Assembly: GCA_022800815.1 (NCBI GenBank)
Contig: JAAWRC010000011.1
Span: 13,587-77,586 of the forward strand
From: Lachnospiraceae bacterium
Lineage (GTDB): Bacteria; Bacillota; Clostridia; Lachnospirales; Lachnospiraceae
Length of the DNA: 64,000 bases
Reading direction: 5' to 3'
Numbering within the stretch: the first letter of the stretch is position 1; the number at the start of each line of letters is the position of its first letter. A model generated the notes under the pieces. It was not told the origin of the DNA and searched no databases. It was given only the letters and a program-made list of their open reading frames with translations. Shown one piece after another: positions 48,020 through 56,317 of the stretch. Position numbers and translations under genes: made by a program.

Positions 48020-49039
48020 ATGAATAATTTGATGAAAAAGATGAAGGGGAGCCTGAGGGCGAGCGGGGTCTCGCCGGCCGTTCTGACTGTCTGTGCCGTC
48101 GTGGTCCTGGCTTATCCCCACGTGTTTTCTTCACCGTTTCAGAGAAATCTGGGGATCTTGATCCTGATGTGGGGCTGTCTTGGCAGTGCGTGGAATATTT
48201 TCGGCGGGTACACGGGACAGGTCTGTCTGGGGACGGCCATGTTTTTCGGCATGGGGGCTTACGGCGTGGTGCTTCCTTATTATTACTGGAACGTCACTCC
48301 CTGGCTGGGTATCCTGATCGGCATGGTTCTGGCGGTGGTCCTGGCCCTCCTGGTGGCGATTCCAATCTTTAAGCTGAGCGCCCAGTATTTTTCCATTGCG
48401 ACCATGGCCCTGGGCGAGACGGTGCGGATCATCATGGTGAATCTTCCGTTCACCAGGGGAATGCAGGGGATTGATTTTCTCAACATGAAGGACAGTTTTT
48501 GGTTTACTTTGCAGTCCAGCAGCAAGCTTCCTTATTATTATATGTTTGCGATTCTAATCGGGGGCGTGTTCGTCCTCATGTGCTGGATCAACACCTCCAG
48601 GCTGGGGTATTATTTCCGCACCATCAAGGCGAACCCGACTTCGGCGGAGAGTATCGGCATCAATGTCAGGAAGTATAAGACGTATGCCCTGGTGCTGTGT
48701 GCGGTCATCGCTTCTCTCTGTGGCTCTGTCTACGTGGTCTACCAGGCATACGTGGACCCGGCGACGGTGCTTCTGGGGGCGCTCTCCACCAGGATGATCA
48801 TCATGGCGGTCATCGGGGGCATCGGCACGGTGTACGGTCCCATGGTGGGGGCGCTGATCCTGGTGCCCCTGGGTGAGTATATCCGTGCGGCCAACAGTGG
48901 TTCTCTGCCGGGGATCGATCTGGTCATTTACGGGGTGCTGATCATTCTGGTGATCATGTTCCAGCCGGACGGCGTCGTGGCCATGGGGAGGAAGGCGGCG
49001 GAGCGGATTGGCAGGAGATTCAGAAAGGAGGCCGCCTGA
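48020..49039 (+). CDS. livM: LIV-type ABC permease
   Basis: WNIFGGYTGQ, SRLG, GGIGTVYGP. Confidence 0.88.
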   Translation: MNNLMKKMKGSLRASGVSPAVLTVCAVVVLAYPHVFSSPFQRNLGILILMWGCLGSAWNIFGGYTGQVCLGTAMFFGMGAYGVVLPYYYWNVTPWLGILIGMVLAVVLALLVAIPIFKLSAQYFSIATMALGETVRIIMVNLPFTRGMQGIDFLNMKDSFWFTLQSSSKLPYYYMFAILIGGVFVLMCWINTSRLGYYFRTIKANPTSAESIGINVRKYKTYALVLCAVIASLCGSVYVVYQAYVDPATVLLGALSTRMIIMAVIGGIGTVYGPMVGALILVPLGEYIRAANSGSLPGIDLVIYGVLIILVIMFQPDGVVAMGRKAAERIGRRFRKEAA

Positions 49040-49749
49040 TGGGGATTCTTGAGGTGAAGAACGTGACAAAGCATTTTGGCGGCCTGGTGGCCAACAGTGA
49101 CGTGTCTTTTTCCGTGGAGCGGGGACAGGTGTACGGCATTGTCGGGCCCAACGGCGCCGGAAAGACAACCATGTTCAACATGATCAGCGGGACTTTCCAT
49201 CCCACGTCGGGGCAGATTTTGTTTAAGGGCGAGGACATTACGAGGAAGCCGGCCTATGAGATCTGCAAGCGCCACATCGGCAGGACGTTCCAGATTCCGC
49301 TGGCCCTGGACAAGATGACGGTGCTGGAAAACGTGACCGTGGGCGCCATGGTCCACACGCCGAAGACGGAGACGGCGAAGGAGTTTGCGGCGGAGATTTT
49401 GGCCTACGTGGGCATGGAGGGGCAGCGGGATTTGATGGCGGAGTCCTTGAGCGTAATCCAGAAAAAGAGGCTGGAGATTGCGAGGGCCTTAAGCACGAAG
49501 CCGGAGTTGATTCTTCTTGACGAGTCCATGGCGGGCTTAAACGGCCAGGAGCGGGACGACGCCATAGCCCTGATCAAAAAGATCAACGGGGACGGGATCA
49601 CGGTCCTCATGATCGAGCATGTGATGCGGGTGGTCATGAGTGTCTGTGACCAGGTGCTGGTGCTGCAGAACGGCATGAGGATCGCTGAGGGGACGCCGGA
49701 GGAGATCACGCGGGACGAGAGGGTCATTGCGGCCTATTTGGGGGATTGA
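49039..49749 (+). CDS. livG: LIV-type ABC ATP-binding protein
   Basis: GPNGAGKT, RTFQ, LLDE. Confidence 0.92.
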   Translation: MGILEVKNVTKHFGGLVANSDVSFSVERGQVYGIVGPNGAGKTTMFNMISGTFHPTSGQILFKGEDITRKPAYEICKRHIGRTFQIPLALDKMTVLENVTVGAMVHTPKTETAKEFAAEILAYVGMEGQRDLMAESLSVIQKKRLEIARALSTKPELILLDESMAGLNGQERDDAIALIKKINGDGITVLMIEHVMRVVMSVCDQVLVLQNGMRIAEGTPEEITRDERVIAAYLGD

Positions 49750-49751
49750 TT

Positions 49752-50459
49752 ATGCTGAAAGTATCGAACATAGTGACCGGCTACAACAGCTCCCTGGCAG
49801 TGCTTGGAGGGGTCAGTTTTGACGTGAAGGAGGGGGAGATCGTGGCGATTTTGGGCTCCAACGGGGCGGGGAAGTCGACCACCCTCCGGACGGTGGCGGG
49901 ACTTATGAGACCCTGGGAGGGGAGCGTGGTGTTTTCCGGCGAGGACATTTCCGGGGTGCCGGCCCACGAGGTGGTGAGAAAGGGACTCTCCCTGGTGCCG
50001 GAGGGGCGGCTCCTCTTCGGCAAGCTGACGGTGCACGAAAACCTGACCATGGGGGCGTTCACCAGGAAGGACAGGGCGGAGATCCAGGATTCCCTGGACA
50101 TGGTCTACACCCTGTTTCCCAGGGTGAAGGAGCGGATGCACCAGAAGGCGAACACCCTCTCCGGCGGCGAACAGCAGATGGTCGCCATCGCCAGGGGGCT
50201 GATGTCGAAGCCCAGGCTCCTGATTCTGGACGAGCCTTCCCTGGGGCTGGCGCCGAAGCTGGTGAAAGAGGTGTTCGCCTTCGTGAAGGAGATCAACCGG
50301 AAGGGGATCTCCGTGCTGATCGTGGAGCAGAACGTGAAGGAGACGCTGCTGCTTTCCGACCGGGCCTTTATCATCCAGGACGGAAAGACCACCTTTGACG
50401 GAAGGTCGGAGGAGCTTATGGACGACGACAACGTGCGCAAGGCGTATCTTGGGATGTAA
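49752..50459 (+). CDS. livF: LIV-type ABC ATP-binding protein
   Basis: GSNGAGKS, PEGR, LSGGEQQ. Confidence 0.92.
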   Translation: MLKVSNIVTGYNSSLAVLGGVSFDVKEGEIVAILGSNGAGKSTTLRTVAGLMRPWEGSVVFSGEDISGVPAHEVVRKGLSLVPEGRLLFGKLTVHENLTMGAFTRKDRAEIQDSLDMVYTLFPRVKERMHQKANTLSGGEQQMVAIARGLMSKPRLLILDEPSLGLAPKLVKEVFAFVKEINRKGISVLIVEQNVKETLLLSDRAFIIQDGKTTFDGRSEELMDDDNVRKAYLGM

Positions 50460-50471
50460 GGTGATGGGACA

Positions 50472-50680
50472 GGTAATTGCGGGACCCAAAGCTGAGGGAA
50501 TATTCTGGCAATATGTCCGTCCAAAGCCTGCTGCGCCAAGCGTTCCGGCAAGCCCAGAACCGTAGAAGTCACTCGGGATTCGTCCCTCCTGCCTTCTCTG
50601 GTCTTGCTTCCACGGTGCAGAGGGCTTTTCTCGGAAATATTGCCAGAATATTCAATAAAGTTTTGAGTCCCGCAGTTACC
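50472..50680 (-). repeat. Palindromic intergenic element, copy 2 (inverted relative to copy 1)
   Basis: Same core; perfect 17-bp inner IR gaatattctggcaatat / atattgccagaatattc plus an outer IR. Confidence 0.85.
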
Positions 50681-50743
50681 CATGGGCTTCGGGTGCGGGA
50701 AGCATCCTATAGGAACATATTTGATTGAGAAAAGGAGAATGAA

Positions 50744-51622
50744 ATGAAGATTGGATTTATTGGATTGGGAATCATGGGGACTCCCATGGCGAAAAACCTG
50801 CTGGGGGCGGGACATGAGCTGGTGGTGTACGACAGGTCTGAGGAAAAGATGGGCGAGGTCGTGAAGGCGGGGGCCAGGGGCGCCGCTTCTTCCAGGGAGG
50901 TGGCGGAGAAGTGCCGCCTGGTGATCACCATGGTTCCCAACTCGCCCCACGTGAAGGCGGCGGTCCTCGGGAAGGACGGCGTGCTGGAGGGGGCGAAGGC
51001 GGGGGACATCCTCATTGACATGAGCTCCATCGCCCCCCTGGCTTCCCAGGAGGTTTACAAGGCCTGCCGGGAGAAGGGGGTCCGCATGATCGACGCCCCC
51101 GTGTCCGGCGGGGAGCCGAAGGCCATCGACGGGACGCTCTCCATCATGGTGGGCGGTGACAGGGAGACTTTTGACGAGGTGTATGACGTGCTGATGGTCA
51201 TGGGCGGGAGCGCCGTGTACTGCGGGGACAGCGGGGCCGGAAACATGACGAAGCTGGCCAACCAGATCATCGTGGCCGTGAACATTGCGGCCGTGTCGGA
51301 AGCTTTCATGCTGGCCTCCAAGGCGGGGGTGGACCCGGAGAAGGTCTTTGACGCCATCCGGGGCGGCCTGGCGGGTTCCACGGTCATGGAAGCCAAGGTT
51401 CCCAAGATCCTCGGAAGGGATTTCTCTCCCGGCTTCCGCATTGACTTACATATCAAGGACTTGAACAACGCCATCGAGACGGGCCACGGCGTGGGCGCCC
51501 CGCTGTTTCTGACCACGCAGGTGCAGGAAATGCTGGAACGGCTTCATTTCGACGGCTGCGGCTCCGACGACCACAGCGCCATTGTGAAGTACTATGAGAA
51601 GCTTTGCGGGAGCGAGATTTAG
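50744..51622 (+). CDS. garR: 2-hydroxy-3-oxopropionate (tartronate semialdehyde) reductase
   Basis: GFIGLGIMG, DAPVSGGE, KLANQ, PGFRIDLHIKDL. Confidence 0.9.
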   Translation: MKIGFIGLGIMGTPMAKNLLGAGHELVVYDRSEEKMGEVVKAGARGAASSREVAEKCRLVITMVPNSPHVKAAVLGKDGVLEGAKAGDILIDMSSIAPLASQEVYKACREKGVRMIDAPVSGGEPKAIDGTLSIMVGGDRETFDEVYDVLMVMGGSAVYCGDSGAGNMTKLANQIIVAVNIAAVSEAFMLASKAGVDPEKVFDAIRGGLAGSTVMEAKVPKILGRDFSPGFRIDLHIKDLNNAIETGHGVGAPLFLTTQVQEMLERLHFDGCGSDDHSAIVKYYEKLCGSEI

Positions 51623-51704
51623 GCAGTTGCGAAACGCAAAAACAGAATCCGCTTTGCAATTTCGAGTTTCGCAATTGCCTATGAGTACAAATAAAAGGTG
51701 AGAG

Positions 51705-52508
51705 GTGGTCAGAATGTTAAAGAAGGACGAGGTTTTATTTAACAAAGTAAAATGGATGTTAAAGGAGGGGAAGCGGACCGTCGGCTCCTGGCTGCAGCTT
51801 GGAAGCCCGATTTCTGCGGAGATCTTGGCGAAGGCGGGGCCGGACTGGCTGATGGTGGACTGTGAGCACGGGCCCTACGACATCCCGACGCTGACGAGCG
51901 AGCTCCAGGCCATGGCAAAATATGACGTGGTGCCCCTTGCGAGGGCGCCCTGGAATGACTTTGTGATGATCAAGCAGATCCTGGACACGGGCGTCATGGG
52001 GATCCTGGTGCCCTACGTGAGCACCAGGGAGGAGGCGGAGCGGGCGGTGAAAGCCTGCAAGTATCCGACTCTCGGCATCCGGGGCGTGGCGGGAAGCCCC
52101 AGGGGTTCCGGCTACGGGATGGACGGGAAGCGGTATCTGGCGAATGCCAACGACCAGATTTTGGTCATGACCCAGGTGGAGACTCCGGAGGCGGTGAGGA
52201 ACATCGAGGAGCTGGTGACGGTGGAGGGGCTGGACGGCATCTTCATCGGGCCCATGGATCTGAGCTGTTCCATGGGACACTTCGCCGATCCCGGCGCACC
52301 TAAGGTGCAGGAGGCGATCCACCATGTGGAGGAGGTGGTATTCGCCAGCGACAAGTTCCTGGGGACGGTGGCGGCGGACATGGAGGCGGCCAGAAAGCTT
52401 TATGACAGGGGCTATGGCCTGGTGGTGCCCATGTCCGACAGCACGGCCCTCGGGAAGCTGGCGAAGAATACCTTCGACCGGTTCCGAGAGCTGTATCCGG
52501 AAGGATAG
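51705..52508 (+). CDS. HpcH/HpaI-family aldolase (GarL-like)
   Basis: WL.VD.EH, QVET, FIGPMDLS.S.G; adjacent to garR. Confidence 0.88.
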   Translation: MVRMLKKDEVLFNKVKWMLKEGKRTVGSWLQLGSPISAEILAKAGPDWLMVDCEHGPYDIPTLTSELQAMAKYDVVPLARAPWNDFVMIKQILDTGVMGILVPYVSTREEAERAVKACKYPTLGIRGVAGSPRGSGYGMDGKRYLANANDQILVMTQVETPEAVRNIEELVTVEGLDGIFIGPMDLSCSMGHFADPGAPKVQEAIHHVEEVVFASDKFLGTVAADMEAARKLYDRGYGLVVPMSDSTALGKLAKNTFDRFRELYPEG

Positions 52509-52660
52509 GAAATCGGTTTTGGTTGTAAGCGGGCAGGGGAGGATTCTTTTCCCCTGCCTGTGCATTTTTTGTCGAAAAATGACAATTTATGCTTTTTATA
52601 GCATAAAATTGATTATTTCGAAAGTTTATGCTATGATAAGGGCGACGGGAGGAATGCGCC

Positions 52661-53980
52661 ATGATCGGATCACATGAACTTAAGAAACGGGATCAATACT
52701 TGAGAAAGCTGATCGGCTTTCGGGACACACAACCGGTAAAGGTTATTACCGGTATCCGCCGCTGCGGAAAATCCAGCCTGTTAAAGCTGATGGTCCGGCA
52801 TTTGCAGGAAACGGGCATCAAACCGGAGCAGATCGTGGAGATGAACTTTGAGTCCCACGATTTTCGGAATATGACCTCGGATGAGATATATCATTATGTA
52901 AAGGAACGGATCGTCCCGGGCAAGCGGACGTACCTTTTTTTTGACGAGCTGCAGAGGATCCATGCGTGGGAGGATGCGGTCAATTCCTTCCGTGTGGACT
53001 TTGACTGCGACATTTATATCACCGGGTCCAATGCCTTCCTGCTGTCCTCCGAGTATTCCACCTACCTTTCGGGCCGTTGCGTGGAGATCAAAATGCTGCC
53101 GTTATCGTTTCGGGAATTTCTTGATTTCCACGGCTTTCACCTGCGGGAAACCGGCAGCGTCCTGGGCGGAATGCGCCGGCAGGCATTTGATCAGAATGGA
53201 GAGCGCTATGACATGCGGAAGGTGTTTGAAGCCTACATGCGTTTTGGAGGGATGCCGGGAATTGCGGATCTGGGGCTGGATCAGGAAAAAGCCCTGGCTC
53301 TCCTGGACGGCATTTACTCCACGGTAGTGGTGCGGGACATCCTGGAGCGTGAAAGACGGCGAGGACAGAGACAGATTACCGACTCTGCGCTTCTGCGCAA
53401 GATTGTTCTGTTCCTGGCAGACAATATCGGCAGCAGCGTTTCCGTTTCTTCGATCGGCAATACGCTGATGAACGAGGGGCTTCTGGAGGGGGGGAAGCGA
53501 AAGGGGACGCCCAGCACTCACACGGTTCAGGCATATATCGGTGCACTGCTGGAGAGCTGCTTCTTCTATGAGATCAAACGTTTTGACATCAAGGGAAGGG
53601 AGTACCTGCGCACCCTCGGCAAGTATTATATCGTGGACATCGGGCTTCGGAATTATCTGCTGGGTTTCCGCAACCGTGACAGCGGCCATGCCATTGAAAA
53701 TGTGGTCTACTTCGAATTGCTCCGCAGGGGGTATGATGTGGCCATTGGAAAGATCGACAACCAGGAAGTAGATTTTATCGCCACGACTGCGGATGATAAA
53801 CAGTATATCCAGGTCACGGAATCCATGCGGAGTGAGGATGTCCGCCAAAGGGTGCTTTCCCCCCTTCGGAAAATCCGGGACAACTACGAGAAGAGCGTGC
53901 TGTCGCTGGAACCCGGCCTCGATTCCTCCTATGACGGCATCAAGTCGCTGAACCTCATTGACTGGCTGCTTGCCGATTGA
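52661..53980 (+). CDS. AAA_14 ATPase with C-terminal DUF4143 (restriction-endonuclease-like) domain
   Basis: GIRRCGKS, FDELQ, ITGS, KYY.VD.G, EN.VY.EL, EVDF, QV. Confidence 0.9.
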   Translation: MIGSHELKKRDQYLRKLIGFRDTQPVKVITGIRRCGKSSLLKLMVRHLQETGIKPEQIVEMNFESHDFRNMTSDEIYHYVKERIVPGKRTYLFFDELQRIHAWEDAVNSFRVDFDCDIYITGSNAFLLSSEYSTYLSGRCVEIKMLPLSFREFLDFHGFHLRETGSVLGGMRRQAFDQNGERYDMRKVFEAYMRFGGMPGIADLGLDQEKALALLDGIYSTVVVRDILERERRRGQRQITDSALLRKIVLFLADNIGSSVSVSSIGNTLMNEGLLEGGKRKGTPSTHTVQAYIGALLESCFFYEIKRFDIKGREYLRTLGKYYIVDIGLRNYLLGFRNRDSGHAIENVVYFELLRRGYDVAIGKIDNQEVDFIATTADDKQYIQVTESMRSEDVRQRVLSPLRKIRDNYEKSVLSLEPGLDSSYDGIKSLNLIDWLLAD

Positions 53981-54026
53981 CCAACGCTTTGCCGGGCCGA
54001 CGGCGCCTGGGAGACGTGGGAGACCG

Positions 54027-54240
54027 TCAGAACTGACACTTTGAAAAGTCGATTTCCAGACGGTCATAAATGTCGACTTTGACGACGTCGGAAAAGGAGT
54101 AAATGGCGGGGGCTGCAGCCTGTTCCATGTTGTACACGAGGACGGTCTGCTTCATCGGGTCAACGATCCAGTATTCCCGGACGCCGGCTTCCCGGTACAG
54201 GGAAAGCTTCGTGTAGTAGTCCATGGCTCTGCTTCCGGAG
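54027..54240 (-). pseudogene. C-terminal fragment of a Uma2 (DUF820) endonuclease
   Basis: SGSRAMDYYTKLSLYREAGVREYWIVDP is the C-terminal third of Uma2 proteins; the N-terminal part is absent. Confidence 0.8.
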
Positions 54241-54783
54241 ACAGAAGAGGAAATGTATGAGGTTTACGGAAGGTATGGGAATCAGTTGATTTATAGGATT
54301 GTCTCAAGGGAGGATGGACATGGGATTCTGGAAAGCCTGAATTTGGAGACGGGGGAGATTACCAGGCCGCTTGGCGAGAGGAACGTGAACAGCCGCATAA
54401 GCATGGACGGGGATCTGGCGGCATGTGCCATTCTGGAAAACGGAGACCGCAGAGTGGTAGAACTGGGTTTGGATACCGGGGAATGGCGTGAGACTGCGCC
54501 GGAGCTCGGGGAGGCGGCGATACTTTTCTGGAGTTTGGAAATGAAGACGGCGACGGTGTACGAGGACGGAGGCCGCTACAAAGTCTATCAATACCTGGAC
54601 GACGGTACCTGCAGACTGGTCCGGGACGAAGATGATTCTTCTTACCGGGAGGTGATCGCAGTAAAAGACGGCCGGGGCGTCGGAGTGTCATATAAAGATA
54701 TGGGAGCGCAGTTTCGTATGGCGTTTCAGGAGAAAGAGGATTATCTTGCCGGGAAAAATAACTGGACGGTGATGGAGTATTAG
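54235..54783 (+). pseudogene. 5'-truncated gene, possibly a beta-rich surface protein
   Basis: Protein-like frame fused head-to-head with the Uma2 fragment, with no intergenic or promoter space. Confidence 0.5.
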
Positions 54784-54800
54784 GAGATTCCGGGGAGAAC

Positions 54801-54920
54801 ATGAAGAGAAAAGTGATTGTTGTTTTTATGATATTACTGTTTGCACTGTTTGACGGTTTGATATCTGGCTGCGGGACGAAAAAAATTACTCTGACCTGGG
54901 CTCTATTCAATGCTCTTTGA
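54801..54920 (+). pseudogene. Lipoprotein signal-peptide stub (39 aa)
   Basis: GGGGAG RBS; MKRKVIVVFMILLFALFDGLISGC lipobox followed by a stop 15 codons later. Confidence 0.5.
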
Positions 54921-55049
54921 TGTGACTGGATTGTCAAGACATGTATTTTTATACCTGATATCGGATAAGCATGGCACTTCCGAAGTGCAAAGCTTCGGGC
55001 GTTATAGAAAGCGAGGAGGGGAAAGCCCCTCCTCGAATTTTTGGTAACC

Positions 55050-56306
55050 TTATTCGTGTCGTAGTGCGTCAATCGGATTTAGGTTGGCTGCCTTCACCGA
55101 GGGGATGATCCCGAAGATGATCCCGATCAGGGTGGAGAACACCACGGCGATGATGATGGCCGGGACGCTGATGGCCACCGGTGCCTGGGAGATCCGGGAG
55201 ATCGCATAGGCCAGGCCGATGCCGCCCCCGATGCCCAGGATACCGCCCATGCCGGTCAGCACCGCCGCCTCGGTCAGGAACTGTCCCAGGATACGGGTCT
55301 TTCTGGCGCCGAGGGCTTTTTTCAGGCCGATCTCCCGGGTGCGCTCCGTGACAGACACCAGCATGATGTTCATGACGCCGATGCCGCCCACCAACAGGGA
55401 GATGCTGGCGATCCAGATGAGCTGCTGGTTGGTGGAGGAGGAGAGTTCCTGGAGCTTGGCGGCCTGTTCCAGAAGGTCCTCGCCCTTGTACTTGATGGTC
55501 TCGTCGGAGACCGTCAGATAGCTGTTGAGGATGTCTGCGGATTTTTCACCGGCGGCGGTCATATCGTCGGTGGTGACGGCCCGGACCACCAGGTTCTGGG
55601 GCTCGTCGAAGCGGTACAGGATGGGCCAGACGCTGTCCGGCACGCAGATCATGCCGCTGGAATTGTTGGCGGCGTAGCGCTCATAATCCTCCAGGGAGTT
55701 GATGACCGGCTCGAAACCCGCTTTCTGGGCGATGGTGCCGATGACCGTGAAGGGCTCGCCCTTGATCTCGATGGTCTTGCCGATGGGGTCCTCCCCCTGG
55801 AACAGGTTGGATGCGGCGATCTTGTCGAGGAGCGCCACCTTCCTGTTGCCGGAGAAGTCCTTCTCGGCGAAGCCCCGTCCGCTGGTGACCTGGTAGCCGT
55901 AGACGTTGCAGTAGTGGGCGTCGATCCCCAGGATGTTTCCGCCGTTTAAGGTCTTGTTGCCATTGAAAACGGCGTCGTACTCATTTCTCGTGTAATAGAG
56001 GGAGGCGTCGGCCACCTCCGAGAGGTTCTTGATCTCCTCCAGCACGTCTCCGCTGATGACCGGAACTCCGTCCGGGGGATTCTGCCAGGTCATGTCAAGA
56101 GGCCAGTCGCCCTGGTAAAGCTGAATGTTCACCGCATTGTTTCCGGCGCCCACCAGATTCTGCTTAATCTGTTCGTTGGTGCCCTTGATGGTGGACACGA
56201 TGGCGATGATGGAGCCGATGCCGATGATGATGCCCAGCATGGTTAAAATGGAACGGAGCTTGTGAGCCCAGATTCCCTGAAAAGACAGTCTTATATTTTC
56301 AAGCAT
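55050..56306 (-). CDS. MacB/FtsX-like ABC permease
   Basis: KLRSILTMLGIIIG, GGIGVMNIM, ERTREIG, QFL.EA. Confidence 0.92.
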   Translation of the reverse strand: MLENIRLSFQGIWAHKLRSILTMLGIIIGIGSIIAIVSTIKGTNEQIKQNLVGAGNNAVNIQLYQGDWPLDMTWQNPPDGVPVISGDVLEEIKNLSEVADASLYYTRNEYDAVFNGNKTLNGGNILGIDAHYCNVYGYQVTSGRGFAEKDFSGNRKVALLDKIAASNLFQGEDPIGKTIEIKGEPFTVIGTIAQKAGFEPVINSLEDYERYAANNSSGMICVPDSVWPILYRFDEPQNLVVRAVTTDDMTAAGEKSADILNSYLTVSDETIKYKGEDLLEQAAKLQELSSSTNQQLIWIASISLLVGGIGVMNIMLVSVTERTREIGLKKALGARKTRILGQFLTEAAVLTGMGGILGIGGGIGLAYAISRISQAPVAISVPAIIIAVVFSTLIGIIFGIIPSVKAANLNPIDALRHE

Positions 56307-56317
56307 GAGCCCACCTC

